A stretch of DNA of 64,000 bases from an uncultured Gammaproteobacteria bacterium (GCA_964424195.1 CAYRHT010000001.1:207542-271541), one strand, 5' to 3'; numbered from the stretch's first letter, positions 21,401 through 34,288 are shown. Notes: a model not told the origin generated them from the sequence alone. Made by a program: numbers and translations.

Positions 21401-21575
21401 TAATGAAATAGCTTATGATCAATGTTTTTCTGAAAAACCATTATTTTGTAGTAATGGAGAATTGAGAGATAATTGTCAGGAATGTGGATGTCCAATAAAT
21501 GAATCTTGTCAGGAAGATGGAAGCTGTAGTTTAACTACTGTTCCTAAAGTAGAAACAACATCACATATTAAATAG
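18432..21575 (+). CDS. Membrane-anchored papain-family (C1A) cysteine protease with PEGA and FG-GAP/VCBS repeats
   Basis: QGSCGSCWAF, YHAV, WIVKNSWG; PEGA-like ISEPSDAEVYI...GNTP; repeated GWP and DLDGDGDKEI; Cys-rich tail. Confidence 0.9.
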   Translation: MKREKNTSEITTKVTQRVATKTKVLVGMVMGLAIVGMLGFASMAFENVKKFTIEGDIQVQSEEKGYFVNQDMDPYSSFDSSGQYMTNGSFNDREEKELNIEEIQKALEKKGTLWQGIENRIFKLNKEKRGNLLGLQIIEEELREAKQRERNQVGSRDGELPDFFDWRDLHGGLDYTTPVRDQGSCGSCWAFGALGALEAGIEAYYNNPNLNIDLSEQDLVSCYLGDGCFGAYASEVESLFNNYFQDIGVANESCFPYTATNNDCENKCSDWQNEAWITTSYENVELTVDAIKTALIENGPLEVGMEVYADFLSYNNGIYHHVTGGLLGYHAVLIVGFGVYDGMDYWIVKNSWGEDWGDNGYFKILTGDSMIDSWFAYGINIPEQLIGDSPERLCVDQDEDGYCYWGLGDMPSTCSSTCILDISDCNDANGGMFEDCGQNTEVIGFLNIISEPSDAEVYIKDLDSNNWIHRGNTPLEFKLNVGEREIKIRKFGYFESITIIDVEEGMTDELFIELEHDSQFQEGWPVQITTAYPNESRYGGAFSVSDLNNDGAKETVVITTTHDINTPYYADSVYVINSNGEFMPGWPKTLPEDGYVRESATLADLDGDGDKEIIILARYGFNSPNWPNSYIQIYNHDGTDFPGWPRLINPSNQVVRVSVADINLDGNLDIIAGSGSSYGTVISCDFNEDCEPAGVCNYGYCMDIYREVYAFNYDGTNLTGWPIEFEIPYIPRSSPVLTNLDDDPELEVIITAFHSIDNPNTQTHYVYAFNHDSTIVDGFPYSLDNYWGWTIISGDVNNDGLNEIVTQKGPITNNGESMYWENTSTKMYSVSMANVNNNYNLEILYGDADGKAYLVDHEGNNLTGWPIDQPEDNIYADGTPIVADLFGDNQKEIIISWWSYTGEKPGLYVYNLDGTLVEGFPKFEGLVSIYSSIVNDIDNDGDLELIAVSSNGQDILVLDLDKEYDPLTIEWSQFQHDAQYTGNYNFERCSNEIAYDQCFSEKPLFCSNGELRDNCQECGCPINESCQEDGSCSLTTVPKVETTSHIK

Positions 21576-21586
21576 GAATATTTAGC

Positions 21587-21618
21587 AAAAAACCACTTAG
21601 ATTATTAAGTGGTTTTTT
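21587..21618 (+). terminator. Intrinsic terminator
   Basis: AAAAAACCACTTA-loop-TAAGTGGTTTTTT. Confidence 0.8.
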
Positions 21619-21751
21619 GATGCTTGAATATTATCTTATTTAGCTCTAAAACGCTTGATTTTAGAGCTATTTTTTGTTAAAATTAAGCTAGAATTTAATT
21701 AAATTCTATTTATTTTTATTAATATCTTTTAAATAATTAACAAATAAAACT

Positions 21752-24306
<2,555 letters not shown>

Positions 24307-24318
24307 TATATACATTGT

Positions 24319-24361
24319 AAAAAAATAACTCGTTGGGTCATGGGACTCAACGAGTTTTTTT
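24319..24361. terminator. Bidirectional terminator
   Basis: AACTCGTTGGGTC-loop-GACTCAACGAGTT with A and T runs. Confidence 0.8.
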
Positions 24362-24367
24362 GATAAA

Positions 24368-24745
24368 TTAGCTTAAAAAGGGTAATTTGTTGATAATACA
24401 GAGGAAAGCTCCTAAGATTACCCAGATAAAACAGAAAGCAAATAACTTAATTTTCTTTCTGCCATTTTCTTGATCAATTCCTTCTTTCATAACAATAGCT
24501 TCAATTCCTAAATAAATTCCCCAAAGTATCAAGATTGATCCTGAAAGATAAGTTATAGGTATAAAAATACCAATAATCCAAAACATAGTTATAACCGTGT
24601 AGAATATTCGATCACTCTTCTGAAATGTTTCTCTCGGGGTAGGATATTCATTATGATATTTAGCATATTCATCATATTCTTTATTACGGAAATGTTTTGA
24701 AATTATTAAAGCTATTATAAGTCCTATTATAAATAATATACCCAT
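24368..24745 (-). CDS. Hypothetical membrane protein
   Basis: Multi-TM ORF; AGGAGGAACAAATG start. Confidence 0.7.
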   Translation of the reverse strand: MGILFIIGLIIALIISKHFRNKEYDEYAKYHNEYPTPRETFQKSDRIFYTVITMFWIIGIFIPITYLSGSILILWGIYLGIEAIVMKEGIDQENGRKKIKLFAFCFIWVILGAFLCIINKLPFLS

Positions 24746-24755
24746 TTGTTCCTCC

Positions 24756-24995
24756 TCAATTTAAAATATATTGTTTAACGATAGTTGGTTGACCAGTAAC
24801 TGGATGTTTAGGGGAATCTATTTCCTTGATCTTCCCCTTTTCTTTTAATTGTTTAAATATTAGCGGTGATATAAACTCAAGTCCAGAAAAGTAGCAATTT
24901 GACAAGTCATAAAAAATTGTAGCTCCTTTTTTGAGTTTATCCAGTACTTCTTTTTTGGTAGTTAATTCAACTCTACCATTTCCTATATCTTTCAT
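24756..24995 (-). CDS. Small hypothetical protein
   Basis: 79-aa ORF; AGGAGGAACAAATG start. Confidence 0.65.
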   Translation of the reverse strand: MKDIGNGRVELTTKKEVLDKLKKGATIFYDLSNCYFSGLEFISPLIFKQLKEKGKIKEIDSPKHPVTGQPTIVKQYILN

Positions 24996-25061
24996 TTGTT
25001 CCTCCTATTTTTTCTTATCCCTACCTTAATACTTTTAAGTAATTTTGTAAATAGAGGAGTG

Positions 25062-25091
25062 TTGACTACTCTTTTTAATTTATGCTAATAT
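25062..25091 (+). promoter_or_regulatory. groESL promoter
   Basis: TTGACT-N18-TAATAT with extended -10 TG. Confidence 0.6.
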
Positions 25092-25102
25092 TAGTAAAGT
25101 AA

Positions 25103-25129
25103 TTAGCACTTGAAATAGTAGAGTGCTAA
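25103..25129 (+). promoter_or_regulatory. CIRCE operator (HrcA site)
   Basis: TTAGCACTT-N9-GAGTGCTAA, one mismatch to consensus, upstream of groES. Confidence 0.92.
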
Positions 25130-25155
25130 TAATATTAATAACTAATTTAAAAGAT

Positions 25156-25446
25156 ATGAATTTAAAACCATTATTCGACAATATTATTGTCAAAAGAATA
25201 GAGGAAGAAGAAAAGACTAAAAGTGGTATTGTTTTACCAGATACAATAGATAAAGAAAAACCTCAGAAGGGTGAAGTAATCGCTATTGGTGAAGGTAAAA
25301 TTACTGACTCTGGTAATAAAATAGAGATGCAAGTTAAAGTTGGAGATCAAGTTTTGTTTAAAAAGTATTCTCCAGATGAAATTAAAGTAGATGGTGAAGA
25401 ATATTTAGTAATGACTCAGAATGATATCATTGCAATTGTTAAATAA
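25156..25446 (+). CDS. groS: Co-chaperonin GroES
   Basis: MNLKPLFDNIIV, TKSGIVLP, VKVGDQV. Confidence 0.97.
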   Translation: MNLKPLFDNIIVKRIEEEEKTKSGIVLPDTIDKEKPQKGEVIAIGEGKITDSGNKIEMQVKVGDQVLFKKYSPDEIKVDGEEYLVMTQNDIIAIVK

Positions 25447-25461
25447 TATTAAAATTAATAA

Positions 25462-27108
<1,647 letters not shown>

Positions 27109-27127
27109 AATACTATTTAGATATAAT

Positions 27128-27157
27128 AAAAAACGTCGAGTTTATCTCGGCGTTTTT
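27128..27157 (+). terminator. Intrinsic terminator after groL
   Basis: AAAAACGTCGAG-loop-CTCGGCGTTTTT. Confidence 0.75.
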
Positions 27158-27215
27158 ACTTCTAAAAAACCTTAGCTTTTGATATAATATATACATAATT
27201 AATATTTATAATTTT

Positions 27216-27992
27216 ATGCCTTTTTATCCTGATGAAGGTAAAGGAGATGATTTTGAGATAGAAAATAAATATGAAGTAGGTTTAGAAACAGACTCTGATG
27301 ATTCAGATAGTTTTTTAATTAAAGATGAACAGAAAAAAGATTCTAAAGCAGGAATAGACCATGAAGAATTAAAAAAGAGAATTCAAAGTTTTAGTTTAGA
27401 TAAAGAAGATAATTTAATAGTAGAAGATGATGAAGGAGTTCCTAGAATTCAAAAAGATACTTGGTTTCAAGGGAAGACTATTCAGAAGGTAAAGGATTTT
27501 AAAGATGATCTTTTAGAAGGGGACCGTTCTCGTTTACCAAAATTCTTTTTTAGAAGTAAAAAAAGTAGAACTAGAACTAATGAAAGCTTAAGTTGGTATA
27601 TGAAAGTATCTAGAATACCAATTTTTTTAATTGTTTTGTATAGTACTTTAGTTTTAATCCGTGGTTATTTAATCACTATCTCTTCTAATCTAACTAATTT
27701 TGCTCAGAGTATACCTTGGTTTGATAATCTTAAATGGCCTTTTGAAATTTTGATATTTTTAATCATTACCTATGTAATTATTAAAAAGAAAAAACAATTA
27801 CCACGAATTGCTGGAATAGCTGGAATTATTATTGGTTTTTCAGCTGGAGTAATAATCTCAGTTATTAAATTATTCTGGTATCGAGAGATGTGGAATATTT
27901 TCTACCTTTCTTCAGAGAGCATCTTTTTAGCTTTAACTGGTTTGGTAGTAGCTCTAGCATCCTCAGCATTATTTTATGAAGAGTATAAATAA
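27216..27992 (+). CDS. Hypothetical membrane protein (acidic N-terminus, 4 C-terminal TM)
   Basis: 258-aa ORF; hydropathy pattern. Confidence 0.75.
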   Translation: MPFYPDEGKGDDFEIENKYEVGLETDSDDSDSFLIKDEQKKDSKAGIDHEELKKRIQSFSLDKEDNLIVEDDEGVPRIQKDTWFQGKTIQKVKDFKDDLLEGDRSRLPKFFFRSKKSRTRTNESLSWYMKVSRIPIFLIVLYSTLVLIRGYLITISSNLTNFAQSIPWFDNLKWPFEILIFLIITYVIIKKKKQLPRIAGIAGIIIGFSAGVIISVIKLFWYREMWNIFYLSSESIFLALTGLVVALASSALFYEEYK

Positions 27993-28024
27993 ATTATAAT
28001 AAATTAATAATTAAAACAAAAAAT

Positions 28025-28366
28025 ATGGAAGAGAATAATGAAAAAAAAGATCAAAATGTTTTTGAAGAGGTAAGTAAAAAAGTTTCTAATAAAAATGGTT
28101 TAGCAGCGCTAAGCTATATTTGGGTTTTATGCTTAGTTCCTTTGTTAGGATCTAAGGATGAATTTGTAAAATTTCATGCTAAACAAGGTTTTGTTTTATT
28201 CATCATTGAATTAGCTTTAATCTTAGTAGCTTGGATTCCGGTGATTGGTTGGTTATTATCATTAATCGTAGCTCTAGTCGCTATTATTGGCTTAATTAAA
28301 GCTTTAAATGGTGAAAAATGGGAAATCCCTTATGTCTACAATTGGTCTAAAAAAATAAAGATTTAA
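28025..28366 (+). CDS. DUF4870-like membrane protein
   Basis: LAALSY...FVKFHAKQG...IPVIGW...KALNGE. Confidence 0.85.
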   Translation: MEENNEKKDQNVFEEVSKKVSNKNGLAALSYIWVLCLVPLLGSKDEFVKFHAKQGFVLFIIELALILVAWIPVIGWLLSLIVALVAIIGLIKALNGEKWEIPYVYNWSKKIKI

Positions 28367-28370
28367 TACA

Positions 28371-29804
28371 ATGAATCGAACTAAAATAGTTGCTACTATT
28401 GGTCCAGCATCTTCTAGTTATCAGAAATTAAAAAAGATGGCTCAAGCCGGCATGGATGTTTGTCGACTTAATTTTTCACACAATTCTCATCAATCTCATC
28501 TGGAATTAATTAAGAATATTAAAAAAGTTCGTCAAGAATTGAAATTACCTATAGCTATTCTTCAAGATCTTCAGGGTCCAAAGTTAAGAGTAGCTGATCT
28601 AGGGGATAAAGGAATTGAAATTGAAAAGAATGAAGAAATTATTTTAGTGAGTAAAAAGAATATGAATTCTAATTCTTCAGTTAATCCTAAAGTTAAAACT
28701 ATTCCAGTTGATTTTGATATTAGTAAAATAGTTAAAGCTAAACATCGAATTTTGATTCACGATGGTTTAATTGAATTAAAAGTAATTAAAGTAAAAAGTA
28801 ATTTAGTTTGGTGTCAGGCAAATACAGCTGGAATTATTTTTCCCCATAAAGGAGTAAATATTCCCGGAGTTAGAATTACTAAAAATGTTCTAACTGAGAA
28901 AGATAAAAAAGATTTAAAGTTTGGTTTAAAACAAAAGGTTGATTGGATTGCCTTGTCTTTTGTTAGAGACCCTAAAGATATTAAAAGTTTAAGAAGGTTA
29001 ATTAAGAAATATGATCCTCGGTCTAAAGTTAAAATTATGGCTAAAATTGAAAGACCAGAGGCTGTCAGTAAAATAGACAAGATTTTGAATGAAGTAGATG
29101 GAATTATGATTGCTCGAGGAGATCTAGGAGTAGAGATAGATATTGAAAAAGTACCAATCATCCAAAAAGATGTTATTACTAAATGTTTGAAATTAGGTAA
29201 ACCAGTAGTAGTAGCAACTCAAATGCTAGAATCAATGATTGAAAACTTACGACCAACTAGAGCTGAAGTTTCTGATGTAGCTAATGCTGTTATTGATCAT
29301 ACTGATGCTATTATGCTCTCTGGAGAAACTACTTATGGTAAGTATCCAGTAGAAACTGTAGCGATGATGGACAAAATAATTGGTCAAACTGAAGATTCTG
29401 CTTATGATGATCTAATTGATTTAAGTTTGTTTTCTAAATTAAAAAAACCCTTAGCTATTCCAGAATCAATTAAAACCATAATTCTAAATACTAAAGCTGA
29501 AGCTATTATAGTAGCTACTAATTCAGGATATTCAGCTCGAATGATTTCTCGTTTAAGACCAGAAACAAAGATAATTGCTTTAGTTAATGATGATGTAATT
29601 AAAAGACAACTTAATATTTCTTGGGGAGTTCATGCTTTAAATATGCCAAAGTGTAAGACTATTTCAGAGATTATTGAGCAATCAATTAAGTTAGTTAAAT
29701 CAAAGAAACTAGTTAAAAAAGGAGATACAGTAGTGATTGTTACTGGTAAGTCAACAGTTCAGAAAAAGAAGATGAGTTTAGTTAAATTACAAGAGATTGA
29801 CTAA
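28371..29804 (+). CDS. pyk: Pyruvate kinase
   Basis: TKIVATIGP, RLNFSH, DLQGPK, MIARGDLGVE, ATQMLESM. Confidence 0.97.
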   Translation: MNRTKIVATIGPASSSYQKLKKMAQAGMDVCRLNFSHNSHQSHLELIKNIKKVRQELKLPIAILQDLQGPKLRVADLGDKGIEIEKNEEIILVSKKNMNSNSSVNPKVKTIPVDFDISKIVKAKHRILIHDGLIELKVIKVKSNLVWCQANTAGIIFPHKGVNIPGVRITKNVLTEKDKKDLKFGLKQKVDWIALSFVRDPKDIKSLRRLIKKYDPRSKVKIMAKIERPEAVSKIDKILNEVDGIMIARGDLGVEIDIEKVPIIQKDVITKCLKLGKPVVVATQMLESMIENLRPTRAEVSDVANAVIDHTDAIMLSGETTYGKYPVETVAMMDKIIGQTEDSAYDDLIDLSLFSKLKKPLAIPESIKTIILNTKAEAIIVATNSGYSARMISRLRPETKIIALVNDDVIKRQLNISWGVHALNMPKCKTISEIIEQSIKLVKSKKLVKKGDTVVIVTGKSTVQKKKMSLVKLQEID

Positions 29805-29853
29805 ATATTAAATATAGAGTAGTTTATATATTACATAAAAAGAAGGAGGACAA

Positions 29854-30003
29854 TTGTTATTTAAATTTGAGTTTAGAATGTGGACTGAAAAAATTTCTGG
29901 ATATAGATTAATACAGATTTTTTTTAGTTTTGGAAAGAAAGAATGGAGATGGGAATTTACCAGAAAACCCAAATTTGTATTGAAAGTTAACGATAATTTT
30001 TAA
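29854..30003 (+). CDS. Small aromatic/basic protein (49 aa, TTG start, not in ORF track)
   Basis: AGGAGGACAA-TTG; MLFKFEFRMWTEKISGYRLIQIFFSFGKKEWRWEFTRKPKFVLKVNDNF; upstream TTGACT-N17-TAGTTT. Confidence 0.5.
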   Translation: MLFKFEFRMWTEKISGYRLIQIFFSFGKKEWRWEFTRKPKFVLKVNDNF

Positions 30004-30037
30004 TGATGTTCATTAGGAATACAAAGAGGAGGATTAA

Positions 30038-30199
30038 ATGCTTGGTGGTTGTGGAAAAAAGAAGTTCGCACATCTTAATAGGAAAAGAGAAGAAGGAAAA
30101 GAGAAGAATATAATTGGAGATAAAAAAGAGATTAAAAAATGTAAGTGTGGATCACAGAAAGAACCTTGTAATCGTCGAGGCTGTAAATGTCGGCGTTGA
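30038..30199 (+). CDS. Small basic Cys-rich protein (53 aa, not in ORF track)
   Basis: AGGAGGATTAA-ATG; ends CKCGSQKEPCNRRGCKCRR; followed by a terminator. Confidence 0.6.
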   Translation: MLGGCGKKKFAHLNRKREEGKEKNIIGDKKEIKKCKCGSQKEPCNRRGCKCRR

Positions 30200-30215
30200 C
30201 GTAAAATAGATTAAT

Positions 30216-30246
30216 AAAAAAGCTCTTACTATGTAAGAGCTTTTTT
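30216..30246 (+). terminator. Intrinsic terminator
   Basis: AAAAAAGCTCTTAC-TAT-GTAAGAGCTTTTTT. Confidence 0.85.
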
Positions 30247-30286
30247 AATTGCTTTATTTCTTAGTTATAGTATATTGAAAGAGTTC

Positions 30287-30374
30287 GGAGGATTCGCCTA
30301 GTGGCCTATGGCGCACGCTTGGAAAGCGTGTTGGGTGCAAGCCCTCGAGGGTTCGAATCCCTCATCCTCCGCCA
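30287..30374 (+). tRNA. tRNA-Ser(GGA)
   Basis: GGAGGAT/ATCCTCC acceptor stem, TTGGAAA anticodon loop, long variable arm, GTTCGAATC, encoded CCA. Confidence 0.97.
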
Positions 30375-30445
30375 TTAATTAATCACTCTTAAGTGATTTT
30401 TTTGCTTATTTTTGCTATGATAGAGTAATAAATAATAAATTAAGT

Positions 30446-30676
30446 ATGTCAGAATTAAAATTAGGAAAATATCAACATTTTAAGGGTGGTTTTTATAATG
30501 TCTTAGGAGTTGCTAAAGATAGTGAGAATTTAGAAGAATTTGTAGTATATATTCATCATGATCCAGTTAAGGGTGAAAAAGAAAAATCTATGTGGATTAG
30601 ACCTAAAAAGATGTTTTTAGAAGATGTAATTGTTGAAGGGAAAAAAGTTCCCCGTTTTAAATTTGTTAATAAATAA
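30446..30676 (+). CDS. DUF1653 protein
   Basis: GKYQHFKG..Y.V..VA...E..VVY and WIRP..MF...V....PRF. Confidence 0.9.
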   Translation: MSELKLGKYQHFKGGFYNVLGVAKDSENLEEFVVYIHHDPVKGEKEKSMWIRPKKMFLEDVIVEGKKVPRFKFVNK

Positions 30677-30686
30677 TATATAAAAT

Positions 30687-32249
30687 ATGAAGATCAGACA
30701 AAGAATTACCATTTTTTTAATAATGATTTTTTTGTTTACATTAACTTTTGTTAATGTTCAGGCTATTGATTTGGCAGGAGTAGAAGGGAGACTGTTATTA
30801 CAGGTAGAAAATAAAGGAGAAATATGGTATGTCCATCCTGACGATGGTTTACGATATGAAGTTACTCTTTTAAATGCTTTACCTTTGTTTAGAAAATTTG
30901 CTTTAGGTATTAATACAGAAGATTTGAACAAAGTTCCTATGCTTCATCAGAGTATTTCTAAAGACTTTGGTTTAAAACTCAAGGGTAAATTTTTGTTAGA
31001 TGTTGAGAATAGGGGAAAGATTTGGTATGTAGATTTTGGGGGTTTTCGACATCAAATTAAACAAGATACTTTATTAGAGATATTTAGAAAATTATCTTTA
31101 GGGATTACTAATAAGGATTTAGAAGAAATACCAATTGGAACTTTAGAAAATGAAGTTATTGAAAAGAAAAGTTCTACTACTCAAGATACTAGTATAGCTT
31201 CATTAGAAAATGATTCTGAATTTAAATCTTTTTGGGAGTTATGGAAGTTGATAAAGAATAAATATATTAATTCAGTAGATTCTAAGGTTTTGTTTGAAGG
31301 GGCTAAAGATGGCTTAGTAGAGTCTTTAGGTGATGATTATTCAGACTTTATGACTAAAGAGGAATCTAGTACCTTTTTGAAGGATTTAGGTGGTAAATTT
31401 GAAGGAATTGGAGCTGAAGTAGGAATGAAGAATAATATCTATACAGTCATTTCTCCTTTACCAGATAGTCCAGCAGAGAAATATGGTTTGAAAGCTGGAG
31501 ATCAAATCTTAAAGATTGATGAAATTAGTACTTTAGGTATGAGCTTAGGAGAAGCAATTAAAAGAACTAAGGGAGCTAAAGGTTCTACTTTAATTTTAGA
31601 TGTTAAGCATAAAGATGGTTTAGAAGAGAAGTTAAGTATAGTTCGAGATGAAATTATTTACTCTAGTTTAAGTTATGAGATAAAAGAAGATAATATTGGA
31701 TATATCCGAATGATTAGATTTAATACTGATGTCATCTATCTTTTTGATCGAGCAGTTCAATACATGTTAGAGAATGAAGTTGAAGGTATTATTTTAGATC
31801 TTAGAAACAATCCTGGAGGTTATATGAATATGGCTATTAATGCTGCTGGTTTTTGGATTGATAAGGATGTGGTAGTTATTGAAAAGAAGATTAATGAAAC
31901 TAATGCCTACAAATCATATGTTCAGCCACATTTCAAAGATATTCCTAGTGTAGTTTTAGTTAATGATGGTTCAGCTTCAGCCTCTGAGATTGTAGCTGGA
32001 GCCTTACAAGATTATGGTCTAGCAACTATTGTTGGTCAACAGACTTTTGGTAAGGGTTCAGTTCAAGAATTAACTCCACTTTCTGATGGTTCATATATTA
32101 AAATTACTACTGCTAAATGGTATACTCCAGCTAATAGATCTATTGATGGTAATGGAATTACTCCAGACATTATTGTAGAAAATACAGTAGAGGATTACAA
32201 TAATGATATTGATGCTCAATTAAATAAAGCTTTAGAATTATTAAAATAA
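30687..32249 (+). CDS. ctpA: S41 C-terminal processing peptidase with a duplicated N-terminal module
   Basis: FEGIG PDZ, DLRNNPGG, SASASEI, TFGKGSVQ; N-terminal G..LL.VEN.G.IWYV x2. Confidence 0.9.
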   Translation: MKIRQRITIFLIMIFLFTLTFVNVQAIDLAGVEGRLLLQVENKGEIWYVHPDDGLRYEVTLLNALPLFRKFALGINTEDLNKVPMLHQSISKDFGLKLKGKFLLDVENRGKIWYVDFGGFRHQIKQDTLLEIFRKLSLGITNKDLEEIPIGTLENEVIEKKSSTTQDTSIASLENDSEFKSFWELWKLIKNKYINSVDSKVLFEGAKDGLVESLGDDYSDFMTKEESSTFLKDLGGKFEGIGAEVGMKNNIYTVISPLPDSPAEKYGLKAGDQILKIDEISTLGMSLGEAIKRTKGAKGSTLILDVKHKDGLEEKLSIVRDEIIYSSLSYEIKEDNIGYIRMIRFNTDVIYLFDRAVQYMLENEVEGIILDLRNNPGGYMNMAINAAGFWIDKDVVVIEKKINETNAYKSYVQPHFKDIPSVVLVNDGSASASEIVAGALQDYGLATIVGQQTFGKGSVQELTPLSDGSYIKITTAKWYTPANRSIDGNGITPDIIVENTVEDYNNDIDAQLNKALELLK

Positions 32250-32253
32250 ATAT

Positions 32254-32685
32254 ATGGTAGAGAAAAAATATCCTAAGGTTGGAATTGGAGTAATGATCCA
32301 AAATGAGAAGGATCAAGTATTATTGGGTTTGAGACAGGGTTCTCATGGAGCAGGAGAATGGAGTTTCCCAGGCGGTCATTTGGATTTTGGAGAGACAATT
32401 TTTAATTGTGCTCAAAGGGAAACCAAGGAAGAAACTAATTTAGAGATTGATGAGTTTGAATTAATATCAGTAGCTAATGAAATGAGATATTTGGAATCAG
32501 ATGGTAAGCATTACATAAATATTGGTATTAAGGCTGTGTATAAAGATGGAGAGCCAGAAATTATGGAACCTGATAAATGTTTAGAATGGAAATGGTTTGA
32601 TTTAAATGATTTACCAGAAAAACTATTTCAGGGAACGGAATTAACTATTAAAAATTATTTAGATAAAAAAATCTATCAATCTTAA
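32254..32685 (+). CDS. NUDIX hydrolase (NUDT15/MTH2-like)
   Basis: PGGHLDFGE...CAQRETKEETNL; EPDKC..WKWF. Confidence 0.9.
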   Translation: MVEKKYPKVGIGVMIQNEKDQVLLGLRQGSHGAGEWSFPGGHLDFGETIFNCAQRETKEETNLEIDEFELISVANEMRYLESDGKHYINIGIKAVYKDGEPEIMEPDKCLEWKWFDLNDLPEKLFQGTELTIKNYLDKKIYQS

Positions 32686-32688
32686 AAC

Positions 32689-33393
32689 ATGTTAAATAAG
32701 ATTAAAAAAGAACTTAATTCTTTAGCAAATAAGAAAGATGCTCAGATATTACAGCGTTTTTTTAAAACTGGACCAGGAGAATATGGAGAAGGAGATATTT
32801 TTTTAGGAATTAGAGTTCCGATTCAAAGACAAGTAGTTCAGAAGTATTGGGAGATGGATTTAAAAGAGGTAGAAAGTCTCTTAAAAACTAATATTCATGA
32901 ATATCGTTTAGTAGCTTTGTTAATTTTAGTTAAGAAGTTTGAAAAAGGTGATGAAAAGTTAAGAAAGAGAGTGTTTAATTTGTATTTAAAGAATACTAAG
33001 TATATTAATAATTGGGATTTAGTGGATTTAACAGCTCCTAATATAGTTGGTAAGTATTTATTAGACAAACCTCGTGATATTTTGTATAAATTAGTAAAGT
33101 CTCAGAGTTTGTGGGAGAGAAGAATAGCAATGTTAGCTTGTTTTACCTTTATTCGTAATCAAGAAACTGAAGATACTTTAAAAATAGCTCAACTTTTGTT
33201 AGATGATCAGCATGATTTAATTCATAAAGCAGTAGGTTGGATGTTGAGAGAGCTTGGTAAAAGAATAGATCAAGCTATTGAAGAAAAGTTCTTAAAGAAG
33301 TATTATAGGTCTATGCCGAGAACTATGTTAAGATATGCGATAGAGAGATTTGAAGAAGGTAAAAGAAAAAAGTATTTAAAGAATAAATATTAA
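32689..33393 (+). CDS. alkD: DNA alkylation repair enzyme (AlkD family)
   Basis: RFFKTGPGEYGEGD, INNWDLVD, LWERR, HKAVGWMLRE. Confidence 0.9.
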   Translation: MLNKIKKELNSLANKKDAQILQRFFKTGPGEYGEGDIFLGIRVPIQRQVVQKYWEMDLKEVESLLKTNIHEYRLVALLILVKKFEKGDEKLRKRVFNLYLKNTKYINNWDLVDLTAPNIVGKYLLDKPRDILYKLVKSQSLWERRIAMLACFTFIRNQETEDTLKIAQLLLDDQHDLIHKAVGWMLRELGKRIDQAIEEKFLKKYYRSMPRTMLRYAIERFEEGKRKKYLKNKY

Positions 33394-33397
33394 TACA

Positions 33398-34288
33398 ATG
33401 AGTAATGGTAAAATAATAATCTATTTTGGAGGGGGAACAATGTCTGGTGTTTTTAGTGCGGGAGTTGTTAGAAGATTTCAGGAGATGGATATTTATGACA
33501 AAATAGAAGCTGTTTATGGTGGTTCTTGTGGCTCTCTTAATGCAGCTTGTTTTTTAACTAAACAAACAGAATTAGGGTATTATATTTTTTGTGAAGATCT
33601 AACTAGTAACTTTATTCATAAAAGTAGAATATTTTATGCATTTCTACAAAGAATTTTTAGTGGATTAATTTATCGAATTCCGAGAGGAAAAATGGTTGAT
33701 GTTGTAAATTTGAAGTATTTGTTTGATATTATTAAGTATAAGAGGATTTTGGATGTTGATGAGTTGAAAAGACAAGCAGTCCCTTTTTATGCCAAGGTCT
33801 TTAACTTAACCGATGAAAAAATAGAGTATATGGATGTTAAAAAACATAATCCTTTTAAAGTTTTAAAGGCTTGTGTTGATGTGGTCCCTTATGTTAGTGA
33901 ATCTGAAGGCATAGATGGGAAAGAATATGTTGATGGAACTATATTAGAATCTATAAACCTTCAATATTTCTTAGATAAATATCCTTCTCACAAGATAGTT
34001 GTAATTTCTAATACTAATGTAGACAGAAGTTTTAAACATTATGCTAAGAGTTTCTTTGAATCTCTAGCCGCTATATCAATGTGTGGTTTTAAAGCAATAG
34101 AATATTTTGTAAAAGGTGAGTTTCAGCTTCGGAAAGACATTGCTTATGCTAAAAGAACTAAAAATGTACTTTTCATTCACCCTCCTAAGAATAATCCAAC
34201 TATCTCATCTACTACTGATCCTAAAAAATTAAAAAGAACTTACAAAATGGGCATGAAGGAAGCAGAGAAGATTAGAGAATTGTTATAA
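33398..34288 (+). CDS. Patatin-like phospholipase
   Basis: GGGTMSG oxyanion loop, GGSCG nucleophile, YVDG. Confidence 0.8.
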   Translation: MSNGKIIIYFGGGTMSGVFSAGVVRRFQEMDIYDKIEAVYGGSCGSLNAACFLTKQTELGYYIFCEDLTSNFIHKSRIFYAFLQRIFSGLIYRIPRGKMVDVVNLKYLFDIIKYKRILDVDELKRQAVPFYAKVFNLTDEKIEYMDVKKHNPFKVLKACVDVVPYVSESEGIDGKEYVDGTILESINLQYFLDKYPSHKIVVISNTNVDRSFKHYAKSFFESLAAISMCGFKAIEYFVKGEFQLRKDIAYAKRTKNVLFIHPPKNNPTISSTTDPKKLKRTYKMGMKEAEKIRELL

